Shown: positions 37,606-47,394, counted from the stretch's first letter. The stretch is DNA of 64,000 nucleotides from Fidelibacterota bacterium (GCA_046861395.1 JBHHUC010000003.1:6381-70380); one strand, 5' to 3'. Made by a program: numbers and translations. Notes: generated from the sequence alone by a model not told the origin.

Positions 37606-40600
37606 CTATTTCAACAGCAACATTTTCTGGGTCTTTTTGAAATGACCCCATTCCAGTGAATATATATAAGCCCCACTGGCAACGGGTGTATCATTCATGT
37701 TCAACCCATTCCACTGCACTAGGTGTCGACCGGCGGACTGAAATTCGTTATCCACCAGTGTTTTCACCAACTGTCCCATCATATTATATATCTTGACCGA
37801 AACCTGTTTGTCGATCGGAATGATATATTCGATAGTGGTGGTAGGATTGAAAGGATTGGGATAGTTCTGCTTCAGCTGGTAATCATCCGGCGTAATAAAG
37901 GCGTACTGATCCACGCCCACCACGTCAGTTTCGTTTTCCAACAGTATGAATGCCCAAGCCTTGGAGTTTTCAACCTCCGTCACCGTTGTGTCCCATCCAC
38001 TGCCGTTCCAGGTAATATTCGTCGTTGTAATCGTTGGAGACTGTCCCTGGAAACTCACTAGTAATTCATTGTGTCCATCACCATCAAAATCGATGGGAGA
38101 GTCATTGAATTCCGCCTGCACCTTGGAAGCAAAAGCACCAGAGTGCGTTTGTGATGTGGTCAGGATTCCCGCCGAATCAACGACAGTAATGGATGTGAAC
38201 ACATCCGGTTCACCGGCATACAACACCGAGGATGTGTAGCTGAACGGGTCCCTGGGATCCGTTCCAGTGAAGGCCGTGTTTACGACCGTCTTCGGATAGG
38301 ATGATCCTGTAAAGACCTGATTGACACCATCGCCATCCACATCGAATACGGAGGCATAAAAGGCACCGACACTTTCGGCGATTTTCACAACATGGGTCCC
38401 GTCTATTGCCAACACATCGTCACCAGGATTGTAATCGACGACATACAGTTCGCTGGTATAATAATCCGGGAAGAAGGCTTCATCGTTGTCATCACCGTCG
38501 ATGTCACCAGCACCACCACCGAACAGGGAAACATGATCGTCGGGATAGGTGGCCTGATAATAATTGGTACCGGTGGCAGGATCTGCTGCCACGTAGGTGT
38601 CAGGACCAGTGGAGGTGACATTATAGAAGTTGAAATAATTCCAAGTATGATTTACCAACTCATAATTACCATCACCATCCAGGTCTGCCGGTAAGGAATG
38701 ATATGGTGATCCACCGCCGTAGTCATTTTTATTCAGGAAGAATTCGCTGACCCAGGTTTCGAAACCATTACCACCGGCATTGTGCTCAATGTCACCATTA
38801 ACCGATGTAATCAACGTACCCCGGGTGCTTCCCCGACGGATCATGCTGATCAATTCCTCTTTGCCGTCACCATCGATATCAAAGATAGTGGTTCTTTCAT
38901 GATCACCACGGAAAGAGGCTCCATCTCCGGCGCAGCAGGTATCGATTTCCACCATATTCACGCTGGAATAGGTATCGCCATAGTTGTCGCTACCGGCAAC
39001 ACCGTCCCATTCAAAAACCCACCAGCCTTCAAGGTTGGTTGTGGCACGGGGAAATACAATTTCCTGTTTCCCGTCACCATCCAGATCGCCTACACCGACT
39101 GTGCGCGGGGTTGAAGAATAATGGGCATTGGTATCTGCCGGTGACATCCATACCTGTTCAAAGACCTGGTTCACATCATCGTATTCAAATACATATACAC
39201 GGTGTTCGCTATAGGCCGTGGCAATCACCTCCTGAGCACCGTCCTGGTCCATGTCCATACCACCGATAACCGTACGCGGAGTTCCACTAACGTCATCAAA
39301 GAAGCTGGAATCAGCCGAAGTATGGTTGAAGGTCGCTCGTAAGGTCCAGCCATCCGCCAGGGATTGCGCGGTGGATGGGTCATATTCCAAAACAATAATT
39401 GCAGGCTGATCAACTTCAGTGGCTTTGATATTCGTTAATACCACTTCCCGCAATCCGTCACCATCCAGGTCAACGGGAGAAATTCGAGGCGGATAATACC
39501 GGTCGGCATTACCTCCGACACTTTCAAAGATGGTCGTCCATTCATAATTGGTCGAATCGGACGGATCACCAAAACCCAAATATTCCACCCGGGCTACCAT
39601 TTCTTCCGTTCCGCGGGAGCAGACAAAATCTGTTTTCCCGTCATTGTCAATATCGCCCATGCTGGCACCACGGCTGCGTCCGCCGAAAGCACCGACCTGA
39701 ACAAAATCAGCTCCGGTCAAATCGGCCACACTGCTGTCCACATTATCCAGATAATACAGAATACCATCTGTCATGGGAAACCAGCCCTCGAGGGCGCCAT
39801 CACCATCGGCATCGGCAAAATACATGTCGTGACTGTTGAAAGATCCGGGATCATTGGCCGCCGGGAAAATTTGGTTCAAATCAACCTGTAAGGAGTATGT
39901 ATCAGGTCCGGAAGCTTCAAAAATCGCCATGCTGAACATATCCCAGGTATTGACCCAGATTTCTTTGAACCCATCGTCATCGAAATCCACGACTTCCACG
40001 TCATAGATACCACCGCCACCCAGATCTGTATCATTCAAAAATTCTTCATTGAATGAAGCGAATTCATCAAAGGTGCTGGTAGCCAAGGAATGTACCGTCA
40101 TACGACGGGCACCACGGTCGATTGATACCAATTCAATATCGCCGTCTCCATCAACATCGTCCAATACAAATCCCGCCGGACGGAAGTTGTCCGTAGCGGC
40201 GTAACCATATTGGAAGATTATAGTCGGGGTCGATGGGAATGCCCCGGATGCATCCTGTTCAAATATATGCGTACCCCAAGTTGCATCATTGCTTCCGACA
40301 GCCGGTGGAATGCCAAAATAGATTTCATACAATCCATCCTGGTCGATATCACCATAGGCTAATCCGGGTAATGAATTACCGGGGTCGGGAGATGTATAGT
40401 GCCACACATGTTCATACGAATCGTTCCCATTGTTTTCGTACAGGTAAACTTCTACCTGTCCTGGGTCCGGTCCGCCGGGCGCTAAGGTTTCATCCATTGT
40501 GAACAAGATTTCACGATGACCGTCACGGTCAAAGTCCATTCCAACCTGTACACTCCGTGCTCCATATCCATCCCGGGTAACAAAATTTGGATCGGTTGTC

Positions 40601-40719
40601 GGATCCAAACTCCAGGCCAGATTAAATCCGGCACTGGTGTTATATTGCGCAAAGGCACCGGAAATAAATAAAAGGAACAGGAATACATTCAACATTGGTA
40701 TCCTTTTTTTCATTTTCAC
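37606..40719 (-). CDS. FG-GAP/VCBS-repeat protein with T9SS C-terminal sorting domain
   Basis: 1037 aa with a signal peptide. About ten DxDxDGxxE-type motifs (DFDRDGHREI, GDIDQDGLYEI, DVDGDGDIELV, DFDDDGFKEI, DIDNDGKTDF, DLDGDGKQEI and others). Tail NYPNPFNPTTTIEY...VKIYNMMGQLV...SGAYIYSL...KMLLLK. Confidence 0.8.
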   Translation of the reverse strand: MKMKKRIPMLNVFLFLLFISGAFAQYNTSAGFNLAWSLDPTTDPNFVTRDGYGARSVQVGMDFDRDGHREILFTMDETLAPGGPDPGQVEVYLYENNGNDSYEHVWHYTSPDPGNSLPGLAYGDIDQDGLYEIYFGIPPAVGSNDATWGTHIFEQDASGAFPSTPTIIFQYGYAATDNFRPAGFVLDDVDGDGDIELVSIDRGARRMTVHSLATSTFDEFASFNEEFLNDTDLGGGGIYDVEVVDFDDDGFKEIWVNTWDMFSMAIFEASGPDTYSLQVDLNQIFPAANDPGSFNSHDMYFADADGDGALEGWFPMTDGILYYLDNVDSSVADLTGADFVQVGAFGGRSRGASMGDIDNDGKTDFVCSRGTEEMVARVEYLGFGDPSDSTNYEWTTIFESVGGNADRYYPPRISPVDLDGDGLREVVLTNIKATEVDQPAIIVLEYDPSTAQSLADGWTLRATFNHTSADSSFFDDVSGTPRTVIGGMDMDQDGAQEVIATAYSEHRVYVFEYDDVNQVFEQVWMSPADTNAHYSSTPRTVGVGDLDGDGKQEIVFPRATTNLEGWWVFEWDGVAGSDNYGDTYSSVNMVEIDTCCAGDGASFRGDHERTTIFDIDGDGKEELISMIRRGSTRGTLITSVNGDIEHNAGGNGFETWVSEFFLNKNDYGGGSPYHSLPADLDGDGNYELVNHTWNYFNFYNVTSTGPDTYVAADPATGTNYYQATYPDDHVSLFGGGAGDIDGDDNDEAFFPDYYTSELYVVDYNPGDDVLAIDGTHVVKIAESVGAFYASVFDVDGDGVNQVFTGSSYPKTVVNTAFTGTDPRDPFSYTSSVLYAGEPDVFTSITVVDSAGILTTSQTHSGAFASKVQAEFNDSPIDFDGDGHNELLVSFQGQSPTITTTNITWNGSGWDTTVTEVENSKAWAFILLENETDVVGVDQYAFITPDDYQLKQNYPNPFNPTTTIEYIIPIDKQVSVKIYNMMGQLVKTLVDNEFQSAGRHLVQWNGLNMNDTPVASGAYIYSLEWGHFKKTQKMLLLK

Positions 40720-40895
40720 TCCGTTGTTAAGTTATAAACTCTGAGAGTTCGAATTATGTGAATACTGTATTTTAAGACTTATTTCCCCCAATATCATTAA
40801 AAAAAATACAATCTGAAATCCAGCCGCCCTGCTCTTCCGTTTTTTTCCACCCATTCCCATAGTAAGTTTTTTCAAATCATTTAGGGGTAAGTTTC

Positions 40896-42578
40896 ATGAT
40901 ACGCACTTTTTTTCTGGGCCTACTGATACCGGTCCTGACTCTTGCGCAGACCGATAATTCCGAGTTCCGAGCCACCTGGGTCATCACCTGGGAACATATG
41001 GGAACAACTGCCGAAGTCGGCCAGGCCAAGATTCGTGAAATCCTGGACAATCACGTGGCAGCCAATATGAATGCCGTCCTGTTCCAGGCCCGGCAATCAG
41101 GTACCGCCTATTATAATTCATCTTACGAACCCTGGGGCTATTACGCCGGGTATCAGGACCCCGGCTATGATCCCCTGGTGTACGCTGTCTCCGAAGCACA
41201 TAAACGCGGACTTGAGCTTCATGCCTGGTTCAATGTTTTCCAGGCTTCGAGTATGCACACCGGAGCACCGGCCTATGAACACCCGGAATGGGTATGCCGG
41301 GATCAAAGTGGAATTCCCATGAATGAGGCCCGTGCCTTGAGCCCGGGACTTGATGCCGTCCGTGAATACACACTCAATGTCGCCATGGAATTGGTCAACA
41401 ATTATGATATTGACGGTTTACACCTGGACTATATCCGATGGAATGAATATTCCAACGGCCGGAGGCAGGATTTAACCCCTCAGGAGGAAGAAAGTCTGCT
41501 GGACGGAATAATCAGTGAAACACAGCTTCAGGCCCTGGAAAACAGCCGTACCGGACGTTACCTGTATGATGTTGACCATCCCTACAGTGCCGGTGTACCG
41601 GCCGGGTTTTCTTCCTGGGAAGAATGGTGGCGGTGGAGTGTTACCGAATTTGTCCAGCAATTGCATGATTCCATCCAAGCCATAAAACCCTACGTGCGAT
41701 TAAGTGCTGCCGCGCTGGGCAAGTATAACTGGTCTGGGTGGCAGGGCTACGGGTCGGTGTATCAGGATGCGGCCTTGTGGTTCAATCAGGGCTATGTCGA
41801 TCAATTAACACCCATGCATTACCATTGGACCAACGCATCCGGGTTCCTGGGGATGCTGGTCAATGATTGCCCCAACTGCTGGTCGGATTATCTCACCGAT
41901 GGAATCATGGCCAATCGTATTTACAGTGTCGGGCCGGGTTCGTACATCCTCGACGAAAACGGTGTCTGGTCCAACCATGAATCCATCATCAATGCCGTCC
42001 GAACCGTTGACTGGGTGGACGGTTTTCAGTTTTTCAGTTACGGTACATGGGATTATCACGATTATTGGTCCGATGCCAGAGAAACATTTTTCAGCCGGAA
42101 AACAAAAATGCCTGTCAATGTATCTGGAACAGGAACGGCGCCGGCGGCGCCAAATCTGATGCTTACGGCCCTGGACAGCCTGCATTATGACATTCAGGTT
42201 GTACCGGCTGGCGGTACGGTGTCATGGACCATCATATATCGTTCCCAAGATGACGTGGTGGATCTTTCATCCGATGAAATTATCCATGTGGACTTTGGCG
42301 ATTCCCTGGTTCATTTCACAGATGAATTCGACGGAACTCAGGATTATAATGGCACCTATTTTTATTACGCAACTCAGGCCAATCGTTTCTGGGCCGAATC
42401 TGAGCCATCGATTGCTGCAGAATCCGACTCCATACCATCCTTTGCGCCGGTCATAATCAGTTCCTATCCGGTCCCTCAGGATTCGGTTCCGGTTGCCATC
42501 GAAAACCATGGATCCCGCGACCGCCAGTGGTGCGATTACAATCACACCGGATCCCGGTCACAGTCTGGTGTGGCGTAA
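40896..42578 (+). CDS. glycoside-hydrolase-like family 10 (GHL10/YngK-type) secreted protein; N-terminal part of a probably frameshifted gene
   Basis: Signal peptide, then EFRATWVITW...MNAVLFQARQSGTAYYNSSYEPW...GLELHAWFNVF...IDGLHLDYIRW, typical of the GHL10 TIM-barrel family. The reading frame ends in out-of-context sequence. See the frameshift finding. Confidence 0.75.
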   Translation: MIRTFFLGLLIPVLTLAQTDNSEFRATWVITWEHMGTTAEVGQAKIREILDNHVAANMNAVLFQARQSGTAYYNSSYEPWGYYAGYQDPGYDPLVYAVSEAHKRGLELHAWFNVFQASSMHTGAPAYEHPEWVCRDQSGIPMNEARALSPGLDAVREYTLNVAMELVNNYDIDGLHLDYIRWNEYSNGRRQDLTPQEEESLLDGIISETQLQALENSRTGRYLYDVDHPYSAGVPAGFSSWEEWWRWSVTEFVQQLHDSIQAIKPYVRLSAAALGKYNWSGWQGYGSVYQDAALWFNQGYVDQLTPMHYHWTNASGFLGMLVNDCPNCWSDYLTDGIMANRIYSVGPGSYILDENGVWSNHESIINAVRTVDWVDGFQFFSYGTWDYHDYWSDARETFFSRKTKMPVNVSGTGTAPAAPNLMLTALDSLHYDIQVVPAGGTVSWTIIYRSQDDVVDLSSDEIIHVDFGDSLVHFTDEFDGTQDYNGTYFYYATQANRFWAESEPSIAAESDSIPSFAPVIISSYPVPQDSVPVAIENHGSRDRQWCDYNHTGSRSQSGVA

Positions 42579-43956
42579 CAATGACAAAACACTGGACATT
42601 AACTTTTTCTATAATCTGGACTACGCAACAACATATGCTATTTCCATTACTTCGGCCCTGAAGGACATAAACCAGGTTGGACTGGACAGTGATCAGGATG
42701 GGATCCCGGATGACAATTATGTGCTGACTTTTTATACCTATGACGAAGATCTCTTCGGGCCTCAGATCAACGGTGGTACGGTAACGGATATTTCCCCCTC
42801 CCAATCCCTGGATATCGGTCAGCTTATTACGGTCGTTTTTGATGAAGAAGTGCAATCCTCTTCACTGAACAGTAATACCGTTCAGTTAATCAAGAACAAC
42901 TCCCCTGTTCCTTACGGCTATCATCATTCCGTCCTGAATGATCATTCCATATATACACTCCGACCGGCCACCGGAAATCTTGACCCGAATTCCGTGTATG
43001 AATTATCGTTTCTGGACGGCATTAATGACCTGTATGGCAATACCATGACTCCGGTGACATTTTCCTTTTCGTCGGAACCCATGAGTTACAGTAATGTCAT
43101 CATGATTGAGGAATTTGATAATGTCAATAACTGGTGGGACCCCACCGGCAGTGGTTCTACCGTTGGTATTTTATCCGGTACCTCCTTCGGGACCAGCAAT
43201 CAAATCTATATTCCGGGTACCTATCCGACGCGATCCGGAAAATTATCCTATGTATGGGACACCGGTGCCAGTGAATGGCTGATTCGGGAATATCTGTCCG
43301 GCGGTCCGCCCCGGGATGTACAGTTTGACACCAGTTATACGCTGGAATGTTTTATCTATGGCGACGGAAGTCATAATTATTTCCGCTTTGCCTTGGATGA
43401 TCATTTACCAACCACCGCTGCCGCTTATCATGAAGTCAGTCCCTGGTATGAAATTGACTGGGAAGGATGGAAACTGGTTTCCTGGGACCTGGGAAGTGAT
43501 CCAACCGGATCATGGTTGGGAAATGGTATTCTGGAGGGGACTTTACGAACAGACAGCTTCCAAATGACTTACAATCCCGATTATCAAATCAGTTCCGGTA
43601 CCATCTATTTTGACGATTACAGGTTGGTTCAGAAATATTATAATCTGGCTACGGTCGATGATCGGCCCGCAGTGCCGGCCCAGGTGAAATTATATCCCAA
43701 TTATCCCAATCCCTTCAACCCAGTGACTCATATTGCGTTTGATGTTCCCGTGGCCGGATTAACAACCCTGTCCGTTTATGATCTTCAGGGACGCCTGATT
43801 CGGGAATTAGTCCGGGAATATTTAACACCGGGACATCATCGGGTCACCTGGAATGGAACGGACCGCACCGGAGAATCCGTATCGTCCGGGATGTATTTTT
43901 GCCGGCTGCAAACGGAATACGGTCAACAGACAATTACCCTGGTTTATATGAAATAG
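42493..43956 (+). CDS. Ig-like (SbsA-type) repeats + uncharacterised ~180-aa module + T9SS C-terminal sorting domain; likely the C-terminal part of the GHL10 gene
   Basis: No signal peptide of its own, yet it ends in YPNYPNPFNPVTHIAF...SVYDLQGRLI...SGMYFCRL...ITLVYMK (T9SS CTD). The frame is open from 42457. Paralogous to the C-terminal two thirds of 43961..46462. Confidence 0.65.
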   Translation: MPSKTMDPATASGAITITPDPGHSLVWRNNDKTLDINFFYNLDYATTYAISITSALKDINQVGLDSDQDGIPDDNYVLTFYTYDEDLFGPQINGGTVTDISPSQSLDIGQLITVVFDEEVQSSSLNSNTVQLIKNNSPVPYGYHHSVLNDHSIYTLRPATGNLDPNSVYELSFLDGINDLYGNTMTPVTFSFSSEPMSYSNVIMIEEFDNVNNWWDPTGSGSTVGILSGTSFGTSNQIYIPGTYPTRSGKLSYVWDTGASEWLIREYLSGGPPRDVQFDTSYTLECFIYGDGSHNYFRFALDDHLPTTAAAYHEVSPWYEIDWEGWKLVSWDLGSDPTGSWLGNGILEGTLRTDSFQMTYNPDYQISSGTIYFDDYRLVQKYYNLATVDDRPAVPAQVKLYPNYPNPFNPVTHIAFDVPVAGLTTLSVYDLQGRLIRELVREYLTPGHHRVTWNGTDRTGESVSSGMYFCRLQTEYGQQTITLVYMK

Positions 43957-43960
43957 AATA

Positions 43961-46462
43961 TTATTGCAGCAATACCATCCGTTTGGACAGGCTGTTGCCA
44001 TTGAAATTCAGGGTGTAGATATAAATACCCGAAGCCAACCGGGAGCCGGAGTCATCACGTCCGTCAAAGGTGATTTCATGATAACCGCCATTCAGGCGGG
44101 ACTGTACCAGCGTGCGCACTACCTGACCCGTAAGAGAATAAATCTGCAGGTATACGGAAGACGCATACGGCAGAGTGAACCGGATTGTGGTTGTCGGATT
44201 GAAAGGATTTGGGTAGTTCTGGTGGAGTGAGAAATCATATGGAATGGCAATGTCCGGATCATTGTTCAGAGTATACGTATCAATGACCTGCAGATCGTCG
44301 ATATATAGTTGACCTGAGGGGGGATTTCCCACCTGGTATGATAACTGAAAACTGTCAAAATGCAGGGTGCCATCTAACGTACCGTCCCCTAACCATTCAC
44401 CGGTACCGTCGGTTGCCATATTCCATGCAACACGTCGCCAACCAATCCAATCGATGGTGAACCAAGGACTTACCTCATGGTTTTCGGCAGCCAGCACAGG
44501 ATAGTTATCATCCACGCAAAACCGGAATAATGTTCCATTCCCATCGCCAAATATATAGGTCTGCAAAGTGCGATTACTGGAGAATGTTTTGGCATAAGGC
44601 TCTCCCCCACTGAGATATTCCCGTATCAGCCAGTCTGTGGCGTCAACGTTCCAGCCATAATTCAGTCGCATGGACCGTTGACTTCCCGACAAATAATTGA
44701 TGATTATGGTATCTGATCCCAATCCCGTCTGTTCGGGAATCGTTCCCGTGGTACTCCCGCTTTGTGCCGGATCCCACCAATTGGATAATACTGCCGATTC
44801 AAAATCATCTATATTGTTAACTATCCAGTCCGTATCCCCCGTCTGAAAACTATAACTGCGCCAGTTGGCCTCTGTATTCCCGAACGCATCGTATAATCCG
44901 GGAGCAATGCGTAAAACGTATACCTCCTGCGGTAGCAAGTCTTCCAGGGGAAACAGATTCACAACACTCCGGGTGCCAATCGTATAATATTGCAGATTAG
45001 TAGGAACATTGGTAGAGGAATTGAAATTTTCCAGATGAATAACCTGATCCAGAGTATCAGGATTGCCCAGTATTTCATCAAATTCAACGGCCGGAATCAA
45101 AGAGAGTTCGATATGATTCCCATAAGCTGGTGGAAAAACGGATACAATTTGTGGTGGTGCAATATCACTGGCACTGCTGCGATAATGCAGAATAAAGTCT
45201 CCCCCGGGCTGTCCATCACCATCACCATCCAATTGATGTCCATATACATCGGTTGCCACATCCTGGATAGTGAGGATCATATCCTGTTCAAACAGGCTTG
45301 AATCGGGAAAAATATTCAGTGTTTTATGATTATTCATCCATCCGATATAAAAGGGAATTTCCGGTGTAAAGGAAATCAGTGTATCGAAACCGGGATGGAA
45401 CATGGAACGGGAAAAATCGACCCGTATGGGATCCCAGGCCGGATAGCCCTGAAAACCTTCTTCCGGTGTTGTGGTAATCACCTGAGGGGGAGCCGAGGAT
45501 AGCAACTCAATATCATGGAAGGTGAAAAACTCCGGTTGAATGGTAACCAACAAGGTATCATTGTAATAATTATCGGCGCTGACAATCAGGCTCAATGTCG
45601 TGTCGGGCAGGTTTTCAATGAAGTAGAACCCGTTTCTTAATTCGTCCGGATTGTTTGAATATTGATGGAACAGGGATGCGTATGAATCAGTAGTATAAAC
45701 CTGACTGTCAATCTCAACCGTTGCATTATTGATTGGTTCACCACTTTCCAGATCACGAATTATACCGGTACAGATCCCAACCGGAGGCCGGGTTATGTTA
45801 TGATAATCAAGAATTGACCAGTAAAACGTATAGGCCAGTAACCGTTTATATTCTTCATTCATATCCAATTGATTCTGAGTCGGATTGGTATGATGCCCCT
45901 CTTCGCTCAGTTCGGAAGGCATATTGGTATTACGATTGACATAAAGGTAGGGGCCGCCTGAGGATTGACAATAGGAACTATAGGAATAAAAACTGCAATC
46001 ACCCCACGACCCGATGGTAGGAATCCTCATTCCTTGGGTCAGAAGGTCGATCATGATCGCGCTCATGTCTTCACCACCCACAGGAGGGTCAGGTTGACCA
46101 TTGTATAATTGACCCCACAGCAATAAAGTATTATTATGGTCCGGAGCCCCGGCATTGCTATGTATTGAATGATACCAGGCCGCACCCAGCGAATTGGCGT
46201 AGTTGGTTCGCTGGTATAAGGAAACATTCTGCTGGTCATTGGTTCGGGATAAATACACCGTATCAATATCAGTCTGCGACATGAGAATGTTTTTCAAATG
46301 CAGGGCTACCCGTAAAACTTCCTCCGCCTCCGAATATCCGTTTACACCCATGTTTTGCGTCTGACTATGTCCCGGATCAACGAAAATGTTCCACCCGGCC
46401 AGGCCCGTGACCTGCGGGAATGATACACCCATGAATAAAACGAGTAATCCATATATTTTCAT
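43961..46462 (-). CDS. N-acetylmuramoyl-L-alanine amidase (Amidase_3-type) fused to Ig-like domains, an uncharacterised module and a T9SS C-terminal sorting domain
   Basis: 833 aa with a signal peptide. IFVDPGHSQ...NGYSEAEEVLRVALHLKNIL...VYLSRTND...LYQRTNYAN...WYHSIHSNA follows the Amidase_3 pattern. Tail NYPNPFNPTTTIRF...LQIYSLTGQVV...SGIYIYTL...RMVLLQ. Confidence 0.75.
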   Translation of the reverse strand: MKIYGLLVLFMGVSFPQVTGLAGWNIFVDPGHSQTQNMGVNGYSEAEEVLRVALHLKNILMSQTDIDTVYLSRTNDQQNVSLYQRTNYANSLGAAWYHSIHSNAGAPDHNNTLLLWGQLYNGQPDPPVGGEDMSAIMIDLLTQGMRIPTIGSWGDCSFYSYSSYCQSSGGPYLYVNRNTNMPSELSEEGHHTNPTQNQLDMNEEYKRLLAYTFYWSILDYHNITRPPVGICTGIIRDLESGEPINNATVEIDSQVYTTDSYASLFHQYSNNPDELRNGFYFIENLPDTTLSLIVSADNYYNDTLLVTIQPEFFTFHDIELLSSAPPQVITTTPEEGFQGYPAWDPIRVDFSRSMFHPGFDTLISFTPEIPFYIGWMNNHKTLNIFPDSSLFEQDMILTIQDVATDVYGHQLDGDGDGQPGGDFILHYRSSASDIAPPQIVSVFPPAYGNHIELSLIPAVEFDEILGNPDTLDQVIHLENFNSSTNVPTNLQYYTIGTRSVVNLFPLEDLLPQEVYVLRIAPGLYDAFGNTEANWRSYSFQTGDTDWIVNNIDDFESAVLSNWWDPAQSGSTTGTIPEQTGLGSDTIIINYLSGSQRSMRLNYGWNVDATDWLIREYLSGGEPYAKTFSSNRTLQTYIFGDGNGTLFRFCVDDNYPVLAAENHEVSPWFTIDWIGWRRVAWNMATDGTGEWLGDGTLDGTLHFDSFQLSYQVGNPPSGQLYIDDLQVIDTYTLNNDPDIAIPYDFSLHQNYPNPFNPTTTIRFTLPYASSVYLQIYSLTGQVVRTLVQSRLNGGYHEITFDGRDDSGSRLASGIYIYTLNFNGNSLSKRMVLLQ

Positions 46463-47394
46463 CGGTTTACTCGAATTTCGTATAACTTGGTGTCATCATT
46501 GTCAAAGATGATGGATGTCCCATCCGGTTGCCAGGTCGGCCGCATTGCTAATTCCTGAAATCCATCGGTTATATTTTGTAAACCGGTTCCATCCACTCGA
46601 ACAATGTATATGTCCGATGACAGGATTTGATAACCATCGTCCGTTGTTTTCATAAAGGCCAGTTGTTTGCCGTCTGGTGACCAGACCGGATTATTTCCGG
46701 CGCCAATATCAATGATCTTCTGTGTCCGGATATTGAGAATAAACAGATTCCCACCGTATTCTTCGAATGCCAAATGCACACGATCCGGACCGACGGCAAT
46801 TGTCAAAATGGGATATGGTCGATCCGTGACGGTTGTCCGACTCCCCAGTGAGGGGTCAATCTTTTCAATGCGTGTTCCCATAGCCCGGTAATACGGTTGG
46901 GAAATGATTGCCGGGTTTTCCCTGACCGTAATGGGTTCACCATCATATCCCTGCAATAGAATGGCATTGGGGGCAATCCACTGCGGCTTCCCAGGAAGAT
47001 TCTCCCTGTCGGAAATGAGATAGTGGTTTTGATTCGTTTTAATATGATAGACTACCAGGGAATTATACCGGCGATTCTGAAAAAATATTGCCGGTTTATA
47101 AACAATATCATCACCGGTTGGTGACCAGGCATAGCCAAATCCGGCCGCCTTGGCCGATGTAATTTCCTCAACCTTTTTTGTTCCCATCCTCCAGATATAA
47201 AGCCCGGAATAACCGGGTGTCGTAAAGGCAATAACTGGCCGTGTCGGAGAAGGCCTGGCGGCGATAATTCCATTTTTATACTGAAATAGTAATTCCGGTT
47301 GTTGACTTAACCCCGGTTGGATGAAGCCACCAAGAATAAGCATCGCCAAAATGCAGACTGGTTGTTTCAATGTTGTAATATACCGTTTGAACAT
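46459..47394 (-). CDS. secreted TolB-like WD40/PD40 beta-propeller protein
   Basis: 311 aa with a signal peptide. PD40-type repeats (YAWSPTGDDIVY, NNPVWSPDGKQLAF, RPTWQPDGTSIIF). 4-nt overlap with the amidase gene downstream. Confidence 0.7.
   Translation of the reverse strand: MFKRYITTLKQPVCILAMLILGGFIQPGLSQQPELLFQYKNGIIAARPSPTRPVIAFTTPGYSGLYIWRMGTKKVEEITSAKAAGFGYAWSPTGDDIVYKPAIFFQNRRYNSLVVYHIKTNQNHYLISDRENLPGKPQWIAPNAILLQGYDGEPITVRENPAIISQPYYRAMGTRIEKIDPSLGSRTTVTDRPYPILTIAVGPDRVHLAFEEYGGNLFILNIRTQKIIDIGAGNNPVWSPDGKQLAFMKTTDDGYQILSSDIYIVRVDGTGLQNITDGFQELAMRPTWQPDGTSIIFDNDDTKLYEIRVNR

Noticed and set aside
42501-42506. A-run (GAAAAC) as the site of the frameshift (polymerase slippage or homopolymer error)
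   Set aside because: Alignment with the amidase paralogue shows that frame +1 is already the homologous frame at 42481 (IRFRLPSKTMD ~ IRVDFSRSMFH). The shift therefore lies upstream, near 42478-42483, and not at the homopolymer.
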